From the NCBI GenBank assembly GCA_036172245.1, contig JAYWIR010000014.1:930001-994000 (forward strand): a stretch of DNA of 64,000 bases. The letters run 5' to 3'. The notes under the pieces were generated by a model. It searched no databases and had not been told where the DNA came from. It worked only from the letters and a program-made list of their open reading frames with translations. Source of the DNA: Raillietiella orientalis. Taxonomy: Eukaryota. This document shows, one piece after another, positions 25,301 through 39,345 of the stretch (its first letter is position 1; every line of letters starts with the position of its first letter). Position numbers and translations under genes: made by a program.

Positions 25301-28300
25301 TCCAGAGACGAGTGGTTCCAGGGACGAGCAAGCGTTTCCGAGAATCGGATTGAAAGATGGGCCTAAGGATGGGAAAGGCCAGAGAAAATGGAAGGGTGTT
25401 TTCTGCTTTCAGAATTTCGAATCTTCTCAAGAGGAGGAAGGAAAAGTAAGAAGAAGAAGAAGAAAACAACCTGTGCTGGTGGACTCACCACGCCGTGGGC
25501 ACGCTCTGGTTTCAGTGCGCATGCGCGTGCACTGAGTTGAGCGTGCGTGGTGCAATCGTACGTACGTAACCCGCTCCAATCCGTGTCCAATCGCGGCTGG
25601 CGTCCTAAGTATGGGAAGCCGAGCGAACTCGCCGTCCCGCGAAGGACGACACTCCTGGAACAGTTCCAACTGCTGCAGCTGGAACTGCCTCCTGACCCTT
25701 TGAGCACCTCATGGAAGTTTCGCCTCCTGTAGGAGGAACTGCGAGTTTCTATCCCAACCTTGACCTACGGCATCGTCCAACGTGAAATCGCGTGGGTCTA
25801 ATGAGTTGTGTTCAAAGCTGTCTTCACCTCTCGACGAGGGCATTTCAGCACATTTTGCAGCACGTCTGCTGACGTGTGCTTGAGATGACGTGTCATTTGT
25901 TGAACTCCCAAAACGAAGCTTCCGAATCAAGTGCTTCAGTACGTGCCACGTAGTTGCTACATTCGACGCTAGCTGTAGTGTAGTTTCCTTTCCTACGCGC
26001 AGCTGCGAACGATGTCTAGCAGCTGAAAGAAAGGTGCGTTTCTCACACGATGCTTGAACTTTGCGGTAACCCTGCCTCGGGCAGGGTCATCGCAAAGTGT
26101 GTGTCCGCCAGCATGCGGGCGCTCCGATTTGATTGGCTAAAGAATCAGTAGGCACTGCATTGCATGGAAGACTTTGGAAGGAACCAAGATCGTTACCGTA
26201 CACGTATCCAAGTAAACAAACGCCTTTTTTGTTGTAGGAAACCACCTCAAGCAGATCGGGAAAGTAGACAGCTGAGCCGCCAGCGTCCATTGCATTTTCC
26301 AAGGCTCGCAAACAAGGTGGCTAATAAGCGAAATTCCAGAGGACGTTGGCGATTCACGCACCGTTTAAAAGCCTAACCGAGGTGGGCTCATTCATGGTGA
26401 AGGGTTCTGCAAGGCCACACCAATGTCCTTAACATTCCCAGACGATCCGGTTGGACTAGGAAGGACTGTGAGCTCCTGAACAGACTCTTCGGCACCCAGA
26501 GAACCTTAGAAGCTTCCGAAAGCCATGACTCTTCCACCAAGACGATTTGGCTTGGCATTAAAGAAAATGTTCTCGCGATCGGTTATACAAATAGGAAAAA
26601 TCATCTGTATTGGCACTGGATTCACTGAAAGAGTCGACTTGCTGCTCTGGCTACAAGAGGACTGTAGTCCCAGCCTCTGGGCATGATGGTCTTAATACCG
26701 ACAAGTTGAGAAAAAACGCCTACCAGACTTCTGATTGTGAAGAGAAGCTGTGCTTTCCATGCACATCATCTCTTCACGATCATATTGGAAAACTACAAGA
26801 CGACTCGAAACCAGGACAGAGATCTGGAATAGGCAGCTGATTTTCTTAGCGACTGCAAATTGTGGGGAGGTGAAGGAAGGTCGCAGCAGTTCAAAATTCG
26901 CGAAATGTTGAAAGAGCATTGAAGAGTGGTTTTGTGTGCACTCCTTCGGCAACCTTGAGGGAACCATTATCTATGGACTAATCTCTAAAGCATAAATGGA
27001 TGAGACATAGGATGGAACGCAAAGATACGCTACTCTCTTTCGACATACGTTGCCAGAAGATGGACCACTCTTTGCTCATGCAGTACGGTTTCTTATCGTG
27101 CTCCTCTGCTTTCATGTTGCGGAAAAGATCCCATTGCGTTGAGAGCGCTTTCCACGTGCCCATCAGAAGCTCTTGTTGGACCACTCACTTTATTGGCGCT
27201 CTGATGGCGGTCGCTGACCATCAGCGTATTCGATAAGACACTGACGTCGCTTGAGGCGGAATTCTCCTGTTGATTTGCTTATCCTTTGATGTGCAGAGCT
27301 TCTACTACATGGTTGTTGCTGCTGTGATCACGCTTCTTATTTTTAGTTTTTTAAACCCATTTTCATACACGCAAGCTCCCTTTCCTTGCAGGAATGCACG
27401 AACACTTTAAAGAAAACTGTGAAGTGAGCTCGACGAACTTGTTATTTAAGATTCCAAATTCCTCCAAAGTCATTTTTTCCTGAAAGATGACCCCCTTCCC
27501 TCCCCAAGAATTCTTGTTTTCAAAGAAAACGGTAGAAAGTGAGCTTAACAAGGTACAGCTAGAGAAATAGTTGCGAAGCATCGCGTTTCAGACAAGCGAA
27601 CCATGAGAATTACCCTACCCTTTTTTAGGCTGCCTTTCGATTTTTATTTGCTCATTTCTCACGCATGTTTTTTTTTTTTATTTCTACCAACTCCCACGGA
27701 TGGGCATGCACATTTCCAACTTGGAAATGGGGTGTTAACCGAATTGCCAATAAGAAACTCAGTATAGAAAGCCGAAAGGATGTGGTTTTCAGTGAAATCT
27801 CGGAGTAGAAGTTTCTAAATGCTCATGACTTTGTCACACACAGAAAAAAAAATAGATATCATTATGTAATGGCACGTTGAATCGCATGCATATCATTGCT
27901 TTCATACGTTACATATTCAAAGTTTCGATATTGTCTTTATGGAAATTAGTCAGGGCTTCTTATACTATACCTGATCTCAGTCAAGAGTTACTCCGCTCAT
28001 ATTCTTATGGCAGTACATTATAAGCAGCTGATATTTGCAGCATCAGAAGTTTTAAAATGTACAACTGAGCGTACTATAAGCAGATGTTGCAAAATATAAT
28101 TTCCTCACAGAGAGCATAGATATGAAAGCATTTCAGCATTTGCATGCAAAAATAATTAACTGTTTTTTTGCGCACTCTCTCTCCAACACTACTCATCATT
28201 AATTTTTCGTAACCAAAAAACTTCTACCGAATGTACAGTAATAAAAAAGCTGACTGAGAATTATTCTTCCCTTTGCTTATCAAAATAGAAATAATAAGCA

Positions 28301-30232
28301 ATAAAGGTAGAATTCAGTTTAGCTTTTTTCGATACTACTTGCAGTCTGAAGCAGACTGTTTTGCCACGAGATTTCTTGGCGGAGATCACGTAAATTACGA
28401 CTCCCAAGTCAGATTTATTTTACATGTGACATTTTCAAAGTCGATGTTTTTCTCCAATGATCATTCATTAATATCTTGTTTTTTCTTTTTGACTTTTCTT
28501 GCAGGTATTTGTACATAATGGTAAAAATATAAACATTATTTAGATTTCATATTAAAAATAAAAAAGTAAATGAAAACTAGTCCATAGAAGAAAGTAAGCT
28601 ATGCTTTTAGAAATCGAATCTTCATTCAGCTAAATTAGAAGTAAGATATGCACAAGATACCTGAAGAGCTTTTTCATCGTCATCTTATCTTTTTCGATAT
28701 ACCATCTTTACAGTATTGATGTCAACACAATTAGCAATGGGCACTAGAGACATTTGGGATCATACACATGTACATATCTCTTTAGTCTTTGTTCTAATGC
28801 ATTTCCCTAAATGAATTATTCAGAACGAGGGTTATTGAAAACACTCTAAAATTTCATCAAGCAATACAGTTTTTTTCCTCGTAATGTTGAGGCTATAAAA
28901 TAAAGATCTAAATGGAACAGGGAAATATTCCATTTAGATAAATTTATTATGGTTTTATAGTATATTTCTGTTATCATTATCACCTGGTCTTCAAACGAAT
29001 TAACTTCAGCTACATATCAGAAATAAATGTTCTCTATTTTTTCTTTCTCTCTTTTCTTTTTCTTTTTTTTGGGGAGCAGTCTTTAGCGTACATATTTTGA
29101 TGAATTTATATTTATTACTGCAATAGCACAATATAGCAAATGTACATGTAAATCACAGAAGGAAATGTACAATCAACGCATTACCATTAACAAATCACAA
29201 ATGTATTAGCAAATGCGATTTGCCAAACGTTATGTTGGTTGACCAATGACTTGTGAGAATGGATATAGAACATTAGTGAACAAATGATATTTGCCTTTTA
29301 AAATGTGTCTGGTGATCAAATGTTGCCTACCAATTTCTTTACTTGCCTTTCATTCTATCATTTGTAATTTACGATCTTGAATGAATTGACTATATAACAA
29401 ATAAATTAACTCTATATTTATCATTTTAATCATATTTTTTTCTTATACAACTACTTCCCATTATTGAAAGGGCTTGATAAGATTCTACTAATCTAGTGGG
29501 TTCACAAAAACGACTTTCCCATCGTATCCATTGTAATTAGTAGTTATGGACTATAATTTTGGAAGTTGGATTCATTTATTTGGTAGAAATAAACCATTGA
29601 GCCCACAAATGAATATGCTCAAGTAAATGTATTGATTTCTGTGACAGTTATTCATCCAACATGATATTAATAAAAATCTGCATTTGCACTTCAGATATAT
29701 TACCGTAAAGCATTAACTTCGAGCTTTTTACAGGTACTCATATCAAACGGAATTTATCTCTATATAATGAAGATATCGGTATTACTTTATTCACACTTTA
29801 ACTGTTTGAGTCTATACTTTTTTTAACACAAGTAAAAACCCTGATCTAAGATTATATAGGATAATAAAAGGGAATCCCGGCAAACTGGATTTCAGTGAAA
29901 CCGACTTTTTCACGTACGTTACGATATGCCTTCTATTCTCATTTCCAAAAGTCTTCCATCTTATTAATCATACTGTTTAGCTTAGCCATTGGATAAGTTT
30001 TTTATTGAAAAACAGTAATGAGAAACATATACCAATTTTTGTATATTCTTTTTTAATTTTTCTTTCTCCATTCTTTTTTTTATTCACTTAAGAATTTATG
30101 ATTGTATTACCTTAACATTCAAGTCCTTGAATTCCTACATGGTGGCATCTCTGTAATATCCCTTCACGTATGCAAGTATATGTGGATGTAAAAGTGCGGT
30201 GCTGGTTGAAGCAGTGAGCATACTTAACGAAA

Positions 30233-33200
30233 ATGATAAGTATAGATCAACCGTGTTATACGCTGATCTGTGATAAAACAGAGGCAGAGAGTTTTTCTGA
30301 GATTTCCTTAAAAGCAGATTTAGGTATGCTGATACTATGTAATCGTAAATTGCCTTAAGATATCGTTTCTCTAATGAGAGATTTTGCTAAATATTTTTCT
30401 CATAGATGTGATTTATTTGTTGATTTTCGATTCAATACAAGCATAGTAATAAAAATACTTGTGCATGCAGGAAGAAGTAAATCGTATTTTTGCAAAAGTT
30501 CAAGTTGTGAGACACTAATGTAATTTGAAAATTTCAGAAAATGGAGATACGAAAAAGAAAGTAGATACCTTGAAAAAAATCATTTGTCTTATTTTAAATG
30601 GAGAGAAACTACCTGGCATTCTTATGGCAGTTATTCGGTTTGTTGTCCCATTAGAAGATCACACAATCAAGAAACTACTTTTGATATTCTGGGAAATTGT
30701 ACCAAAGACTTCTCCAGATGGCAAATTATTACATGAAATGCTACTTGTCTGCGATGCTTTTCGAAAGGTTAGGTTTTAGATTTATTTAGCGTTGGGGGAT
30801 CAGAAACAAATATACACTTTGTTGCAGGATTTGTGCTCTGCCCTTTAAATTTTTTTTTTTTCTAGACAGAACTTTTAACATAAAGAAAAGTAACGTGATC
30901 ACATTTTTTGTAATTCAAAAAATTGTTTGATTAGTAAATAACACAATGATATTAATGTTTTATTTGCAAGATATGCATGAATCCCCGTTGCAAATGAGTA
31001 TAAAAGTTTCTATTGTATGTAAGGCTACTCTGTATGGTAGTATTCACATTTTTTGATTTGTTCTTTGTTTTTTGTCAACAATTCGCTCTATTTATAATTC
31101 AATATTCGTGTAGAATTGTTGCACTAAGGCAATTTTGTGCAAGACAGTCTACATATTCATGAAAAAATTTAATTTTCTTAAGAACTCTCTGTAAAAATAA
31201 AATAAGGGTTTTGATAAATATCAGGAAAATGTCTGAGGGATTGATAAAAACATTCATTAGTTTCACTGAATATAGTGCTGCTGTTAAGCATAGTTTTATA
31301 AGTGTCAAGTAGTTGTCAAGTTAACCAGCAACCATTACTAGCACAGTTGTCAGATATACTTTTTTCAAGCTTTCCTTGTAGACACAATGAAACTAAAAGC
31401 TTTTTCAAGCTTCTAGAAGCTTCTAGAAGCTTGAAAAAGCTTTTAGTTTCATTGTGTCTACTTTGATATTTATCTGATCACAATAAAGAATCATTGAACA
31501 TCATTAATGTAACCATTGAATAGTGTATTCCTTGACAACATTTGTTCTCACATTTGGTTACAGAATTCAAGTTACTCAGTAGTGAACTAGATGTTTCAAC
31601 TCACTGAATTATTACTCATTGAAAGAAGTTCTAAAGCTATAAATTAATTTTCCAAACCAAGCTTCAGTGAAATAGTAACAGTAGGAAGCGGAATTAATCA
31701 TTATTCTGAAGTGATGCAATCTTGAATAATGAAACAAATCAGGGGAGGAAAAATGATATGATAAATTACGTTATTTTATGCATATGATTTGCTTACTGGT
31801 AGAATTAATTACCTAAAAGAATTTATATCTTTGTATTGTTCAACACTGTACTTACAGATAGCATACAGTATGTGAAAAATTTTTCATGATTATTATAATA
31901 AACATAAACATGAGTAGCAAGCATTTGTCAGTGGCAGCACTATCAACGGGATTCAAAGAAGCAGCTTGTAATTTAGTATTATCTAAGCAGGAAATTTCTT
32001 ACTCTTCTCTGAGAATATTAAGCTAATATTTTTGAAACATGAACTTAATTTAAAACATCTTGGTATTTTATATCAGTACAAAATTGAAGAATTCAATTGT
32101 CATGCAAAATGAGTTCATTAGTCTTCAAGTACTTTCAGAGTTTTTGCATTTAGAGCATTGATCATATAAATCGTATGAAACATTTTGATTTAGTGCTTGT
32201 ACTTGAGCAAAATATTAGTAATGAAATGCAGGATATTAACATGTATACCATGTATATCGACCATAATATAATGAATCCACCAAGTTGGGATTATTCAGTA
32301 TTTGATCTGTTCGCATTGGCATGTGTATGAATTCATCTAGGGTAGTTCTTTTAAAAAATAGATTCTCGAGAAAAGCTTTGAAACATATGACATGAATTTA
32401 ATCCAATTTTACCTTTTAGTCATAACTAAACTAAAATTATTGAAAGTTCTTCAATGACACTGTGAAAAGGCCTGAATGCAGCAACTCATTTGCATGTGTA
32501 ACAATAGGATTCTGTGATTCTCTCATATGAGACAGTTTTATATTTGAAATGAAAATCAGAAAAATCAACAATACTTTGAAATTAATTTAAAAAATTTAGT
32601 TCACATTTCTTTTTCAAAACTAAAGAAATTAAGTGGAGCGTGTGACCACTTATATTTTTAATAACTTTAAAGATACTGTATGTAATGATTTCATACACAT
32701 CAAATTACTATGTATAACCTAATACTTTTTTGGATAGTTATTAACTTATTTGGCAGGTGTTTAATGTATATTTCAAGTTGAAGTGTTTCCAGTAAAAAAG
32801 GTTATGCCATAGCTGTGAATTGCACATTTTCTGCAAGACAGCATCATTTTTGGACCTGGAAGATTTATTTATTCGTTTTCATTTTATTTTACTATGTAAT
32901 TAATTTTAGAACTCAGTAAAAATGATTTTTCGAAACCAATTCCGATGATAAAATTCCAAACATTTGCACACACACAAAAAAATTGCAGGATTACTGAATA
33001 CATTGTTTTTATTATTTTTTAAAGATTGCTATGAAAAAAACTATTGTAGCTATAAAACACCCTAGTCATACAGAAAATAATAGATGTGTCGGAATTTAAA
33101 AAACAGGTGCGATGGTTATCGTTTTTTTTACATTTGTGATATTTTTGAAAATAAAATTAAACTTTACCAAAGACTTTTCGAAGTCTGATATATTTCCTAA

Positions 33201-36200
33201 ATGTTATGGAAGCTGTTTGGAAATCAGGAGAAGTTTTTTTTTTTCCTGATCTTTTCTAAAACCTCATGCCAATTGTGTTGTACAAGCATATGCAAGTTGT
33301 ACTTTGTAGTACAAAATTTAAATTTGTTATTGTGTGAGGGTATACTACATCTTAAATGTTTTTTTTTCTCTATAGTTTCATGAAACATTGTATTTTAAAG
33401 TGTCTACTAAGAATCTTATCAAACACATGAAATCTGGTGGGTTTTGGTTTTGCTATTTGTAATAAATTGGTTTCAGGATCTTACTCATTGTAATGAATAT
33501 ATTCGAGGTTCCATGTTAAGATTTCTCTGTAAGCTGAAGGAACCAGAATTATTAGAACCCTTGATTCCGTCAATTCGATCATGCCTTGATCATCGTCAAG
33601 CTTATGTGAGAAGGAATGCAGTATTAGCTATTCACAGTATTTATAGGTAGATGTGATGTTTCATAATAATGTAAAGCTTACACTTTGATTTTGCTCCTAG
33701 AAATTTTGATTTCCTCATCCCAGATGCACCTGATTTAATAGCTAATTTTTTGGAAATTGAAAAAGATCTTTCTTGCAAGCGAAATGGCTTTATTATGCTT
33801 ATGCATGCTGATCAGGAGCGAGCTCTTCAGTATCTCAGTTCTTATATGGATCAGATCAATACTTTTGGTGACATCTTGCAGTTGGTGATAGTTGAACTAA
33901 TCTACAAGGTAAATAAGATGCATATACCCACTAATATCATGTCGACAGGTTTGTCATGCACATCCTCAAGAAAAATCACACTTCCTCCGCTGCATTTACA
34001 CGCTGCTGACATCCAGTAGTGCTTCTGTGCGTTATGAGGCAGCTGGTGAGTGTACTTGATGTGACAGCAGTTATATTCTTTTCCAGGGACTCTCATCACC
34101 CTTTCTTCTGCTCCAACAGCTGTCAAAGCTGCTGCAAGCTGCTATATTGATCTGATTGTGAAGGAGAGTGATAACAATGTAAAACTGATTGTTTTAGATC
34201 AGTTAATAAGCATGCAAGAGCAGCCAGGCAATGAAAAAGTGCTTCAAGAAATGGTGATGGACATCTTGCGTGTTTTATCTTCCACTGACCTGGAAGTAAA
34301 GAAGAAGACTCTGCAATTAGCAATGGATTTAGTTTCATTGCGCAATATTGAAGAGTTGGTGATGGTGCTAAAAAAAGAACTTCTGAAAACAAGTGCTGAC
34401 CAAGAAGATAGCAACAAGTACAGACAGTTGTTGGTGCGCACTCTTCACTCATGTTGCATGAAATTTTCTGACACAGCAGGCACAATCATCCCTGTGCTGG
34501 TAGAATTTTTGACTGATACACAAGAAATGGTAGCAATGGATGTGCTTTCTTTTCTCAAAGAAGTAATCTACAAATGTGATCACTTCAGACCCCTGATTTT
34601 GGAGGTATACATAAAAATCAAGCAATTATGTTTGCCTTTTATCGATGATCCCAGAAATTGCTTGAAGTCTTCTTGAACATCCAATCAGCCAACGTACATC
34701 AAACTACCCTATGGATTCTTGGAGGATATGCACAGTCTTTGGAGGATGTGAATTTAGTGATGGAAAAGATCCGCCAGGGATTAGGCCAAGTAAAAATTGC
34801 ATAAAGTTTGTCTTTTGTTAGAGATCACCTAGATTCCTATTGTGGATTCAGAGATACAGAAATCTGAAGTTAAGCAGCTCAATTCTGTGGATGCAGCAGT
34901 GTCATCCTCTTCTGCTCAAAACTTAGTTACAGCTGATGGCACATATGCATCTCAGTCTGCATTTATGCTTACCAAGTTAACAAACAAAGAAGATAAACGC
35001 CCACCCCTACGGCGCTATCTACTTGATGGTAATTTCTTTATTGGTGCTGTGCTAGCAACAACTCTGACTAAATTGGCTTTGCACTTCACACAACTAAACA
35101 GTGATCCTTGCCAACAAAATGCATTTTGTGCAGAGAGTATGTTATATATAACATCAATTCTTCATTTGAGTCGTTCAGGTGAGCATTTTATTGTTAAGAA
35201 TAAAGTATAAAATATTTCTAAAAAGGTCTCAGTGCTAGAGCTATGACAGAAGATGATGCCGACCATTTATGCCGTTGTCTCAAGATTGTTTCCAATCGTC
35301 CCCCCCTTTTAGTGCAAGTGTTTGACCAAGAATGTCGAAAGTCACTTTCCTTGATCTTAGATGCTAAAGCAGAAGAAAAGAGTCATTTAGATGAAAAAGC
35401 CAAGAAGAAAGTCACTCCTGCAGAAATCCAAGTAGATGATTCAGTAACATTTATGCAACTTGTGGATAAGCGTGACATGAATGGAAGACAAAATATCTTT
35501 GAAAGCAGTCTGTCACAAGCTATTGGTTCAAGTGGTCTTGAAAGTGTGCTGCCTGGCATTTCCCGACTCAGCAAAGTGACACAACTAACTGGTTTCTCTG
35601 ATCCAGTGTATGCTGAGACCTATGTTCATATGAGTCAGTTTGATATTGTGCTTGATGTTCTGCTTGTCAATCAGACAAATGACACTTTGCAAAACTGCAC
35701 ATTGGAGTTGGCTACACTGGGTGATCTGCATCTGGTAGAAAAACCTGTTCCAGTGGTGTTAGCACCATACAGTTTCTGTAACATCAAAACACATGTCAAG
35801 GTGACCAGTATGGAGAATGGAATCATTTTTGGTAATATTGTATATGATGTAAGCAGTTCAACATCAGATCGCAATGTCATTGTGTTGGATGATATTCGTA
35901 TTGACATTGTGGACTATATTGTTCCATCTACCTGCACAGATAATGAATTTCGCCATATGTGGGCTGAGTTTGAGTGGGAGAACAAATTATCTGTGAATAC
36001 AACCATCACTGATTTACATGAATATCTTCATCATATTGCACGTTGCACAAATATGCATTGTTTAACTCCCAGAAAAGCTCTCCAAGGTGATTGCACTGTA
36101 CTGGCAGCAAATTTCTATGCTCGCTCTATTTTTGGAGAAAGTGCTCTTGCTAATGTTAGCATTGAGAGAGCTTCCAACAAGCCAGAGGCTCCTGTTACTG

Positions 36201-36373
36201 GGCATGTTAGGATCCGTGCTAAAACTCAGGTAATTTTTAGTTCATGCATTCTCATGAGCTAATTTTTTTTACAGGGAATGGCACTGAGTCTAGGTGATAA
36301 AATAAATATGACAGAGAAAGCATTGAGAGCACACCACAGCAAAAGTCTGCAACAACAGAGTGTAAAAGCATAA
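30233..36373 (+). CDS. COPB1: Coatomer subunit beta (beta-COP), about 965 aa, 10 exons
   Basis: Exons 30233-30323, 30538-30767, 33477-33646, 33701-33908, 33949-34045, 34087-34604, 34655-34789, 34833-35178, 35226-36229, 36275-36373; all GT-AG, 2898 nt in frame. Recognisable beta-COP peptides: [112 protein letters not shown]. Confidence 0.98.
31378..31461. repeat. 84-bp perfect spacerless palindrome in COPB1 intron 2
   Basis: GTAGACACAATGAAACTAAAAGCTTTTTCAAGCTTCTAGAAG followed immediately by its exact reverse complement; checked base by base. Confidence 0.97.
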
Positions 36374-38207
36374 ACTTCCCAAATCAATAAGGTTATGTGA
36401 ACATCTGTTGCTGGATTTATTGTGTGGTACATTGTTGATTTTCTTCACAATAGCTGATTATATGCTCTGTCAAACAGATTTTTGAGCATTTAATTGGATT
36501 CAGAATGAAGATGAATGAGATAAAACTATTTTATATCTTCTATTATATTCCATCATTTCTTTTATAAGTTATTAGTAAATGCTTTTCAACCATATAGTGT
36601 TCGAATTTCTTTTCAAATTTAAAGATTTGTGACTTTGGTCAAAGTAATACATTAAGAGCACATCTATTAGAAATCAAATATACAGCAAATCCTAATGAAA
36701 GGCTCATTTCATAAGAAATTTTATTAATGATAGGATGAAATTTGTCAGTCATTAAGCAGCTGTACCATGCCAAAATCTAAATTCCACAAGAATTCATTAG
36801 TGGAGTGAAAGCATAGTTAATGAATCCATTAGCTTAAAAGTTTCTAAATTCTATTTATGGGTTGCATTTCCTGTCCACGATATACTCTTACATCTTGGAT
36901 GTACTCTTACATCTCTTACTCTTACATCAGCATCAAACAATATTTTGACTAATTCATTTTGTAAGTTTTGAATGCAAGTAAAACATAGGTATTTTTTTCA
37001 ACTCTGACGAATGTGATTTACTTTGTTTTGTTTTCTAAAGCAAAAACATTCGTGCAGACCAAACAATTGAAAATCTTTGAACTAAACACATTTGTAAATG
37101 TGTGAAGGATAGGTCAATTTTGCTAAGTATTTTTACGAAAGTCGATAATAAGTTTTAAAAAAAGGTCTTAACAAACTTCATATTTTGAATTTGAGTGCTT
37201 TGTAAAAACGAATAATGAGCAGCTCTATCAAATCGGATCGTCCATTTAAATCCGTCCAAGTTTAAATCGGCCACTCCTTAAAACAACATTTGTTGATTAG
37301 AATTCCTTTAATTTTGCAAAGTTAAGAAACAGAATCAGTAGAGAATCTCGGAATCAGGATTCAAAACTGTGGTCAGAGAACATTAAATACGTCATGCACA
37401 GGTAATCTTCGAAGTTTTAAGGAAACCTTGAAAGTAATTCCTTGCATTGCCACAGTGGTCAACGGGACCATGCCAAATCAGGATGAATTTGTAAGCTTTT
37501 CCTGAAATTGGAAATTACAGTTACATTCATGTGGCCATATTGAGAGGAATTCCCAGTTTTCCATGAAACAGAGAATAAAATTTTTCTCCTTTAATATTCT
37601 TATCTCACTTTAGTGAGAGTTTCAGTAGAATATCCACGGGCTAGTTGAAATTCATGGATTTGTTTTCCATTTTTTAGAATAAATCATCAAGAAGGACTCT
37701 TGTAAGACAACATTATCTGAAAACGATGTAATGAGTTTTGTGCAAGTGAACCTCTATCAATTTGTTTCTCGATGAAAGCGCTTGCTTGCTAATTTAGAGC
37801 ACCGGAACAACTAAAGATATGGAAAAACAGACTTAAATCAGTTGCTACACTGCTTTGAAGTACAATACACCACGTGATTTTTGTTATGCATACTTTATTT
37901 AAAGTCACTGGATCTCACTGTTTGAAAAAAATATATATTTTTTTTCTCCCCTTGTCTTGCATACACGTTTTTGTCTCCCTCTCAAGTCCTCAAACTTTCA
38001 TTTGGCGTAATCTTTATTATGGAGAAAGATATATAGGTATGTTCTTCAAATATTCAGAATGCTTGTTTAGTGATGTAGATATTTGCACTCCGATGATATG
38101 TATTACAAGCAAAAACTTACCATGCTATACAACTAAGAACTTTATAAGCGCTTGCTAGTAGGTTTCTTAGGCAATGATGAAACTGATTTTCTCGTGCGCC
38201 TGATTGT

Positions 38208-38213
38208 TTTATT
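38208..38213 (-). terminator. Candidate polyadenylation signal of the insulin-like gene
   Basis: AATAAA on the minus strand about 55 nt after the stop codon at 38266. Confidence 0.45.
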
Positions 38214-38265
38214 CTTCGGCTAAGATTACAAGGAAGAGGTAAATGCTGGAAACATCGAACATGGT

Positions 38266-38675
38266 TTATAGCAAACTACATAATTTGAGTATTGTTTCTT
38301 TAGTGCAATTATTGTTTTTGCAACACCTCTTCCAAGTAGTAAAAGTAGGTGGTTCGTTTTCAGTTAACCAGTAAATAATAAACTCTTTTTTATCTGAAAC
38401 TGATTAGAAATATGAAGCTATAGTCATTTATAGTCACCTTGTAGCTTATTCGCACGTCCACTTAAATAAGTGATTTGTTTTTTAACCTTGCCGTTTGTTG
38501 CCAAACGAGTAAGGTAATTACGGGAGAAAGAAGGTCCATCGAAGGGCCCAGAACATTTCGTATCTATGTAGGACTGCAGCTCGAAAGCATCACAGCCATG
38601 ACTGGCATCTGCAGGGTAATGCAACACAGTCATAGCCAAAAAATATAATGTGATTGGAAGTAGTAATTTCGACAT
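38266..38675 (-). CDS. Divergent insulin/relaxin-superfamily prepropeptide, 121 aa, 2 exons
   Basis: Exon 1 38438-38675, 44-nt phase-1 intron (GTGACT...TTTCAG), exon 2 38266-38393. Spliced product: MSKLLLPITLYFLAMTVLHYPADASHGCDAFELQSYIDTKCSGPFDGPSFSRNYLTRLATNGKVKKQITYLSGRANKLQDKKEFIIYWLTENEPPTFTTWKRCCKNNNCTKETILKLCSLL*. It has a hydrophobic signal-like N-terminus, a B-chain-like C-x12-C, a linker with KK pairs and an A-chain-like CC-x4-C-x8-C, with exactly six cysteines. Confidence 0.82.
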
Positions 38676-38726
38676 TTTCGGATCACTGGGTTGGAAGACT
38701 TAGAGTTTTCATTCTAGAGTTTATTT

Positions 38727-38733
38727 TTTTATA
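38727..38733 (-). promoter_or_regulatory. Candidate TATA box of the insulin-like gene
   Basis: TATAAAA on the minus strand about 55 nt upstream of the ATG at 38675. The AT-rich context lowers specificity. Confidence 0.4.
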
Positions 38734-39229
38734 TCCGAAAAATTTACGCTTTGACACGGATGTGATGGAAGTAAACGAATCACGTAACAGATATTCCATC
38801 GAGTGGATTTTGTCTCCTGACCTTTCGAATTCCATCCGTAAAGATGCCAGATCTGACATTGAAATTTCCAGTATACGAGCAAGTGGATGGAATGTTTCTT
38901 GTAGTTTCTCTCTCTCAAATTTATTTCTCAAAACGGCTATGAAACTCTCCTGACTGTGGTTTTCGAGTTTCAAAGTAGTCCAAATTCGAAGCAATATACT
39001 TTAGGTCTATTCTAGGAAAGTCAGGAAAAAAAAAAAAATGCTTCTAAACAAACTATAACCGCTGATTTCTACGATCTCGTGGGAGCGGATGATTTCAGTT
39101 TCGCATAGTCGTGAAAGTGCGTGGTTCCATCCAGATTTCTGAAAGTGTTGCTACCTTCTTGTACGACTTTGCGTTGTGAACTGTATACTCGTCCTAGGAA
39201 TGTTCGAAAAAAAAAAAAAGCAGGTCTGA

Positions 39230-39345
39230 TTCTAGTCATACGAACGAATTTGCGGTCTGAAATTGCACTGAATTGAGAAATAACTGAATCTGTTTCTAAA
39301 TCCAATGCAATTCTTTCTAATGAAACGATGCTCAATTGATTTCTT
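39230..39345 (-). mobile_element. Possible hAT-type transposase C-terminal remnant
   Basis: LSIVSLERIALDLETDSVISQFSAISDRK resembles the tail following the hAT dimerisation motif (L..lsiE....ld.d.vI..Fa....R). Short and unsupported by other motifs. Confidence 0.3.

Noticed and set aside
38461..38486. 26-nt micro-intron in the insulin-like gene (GTTAAA...TTTAAG)
   Set aside because: Splicing it gives an almost immediate stop, and it is far below the intron sizes seen elsewhere in the window.
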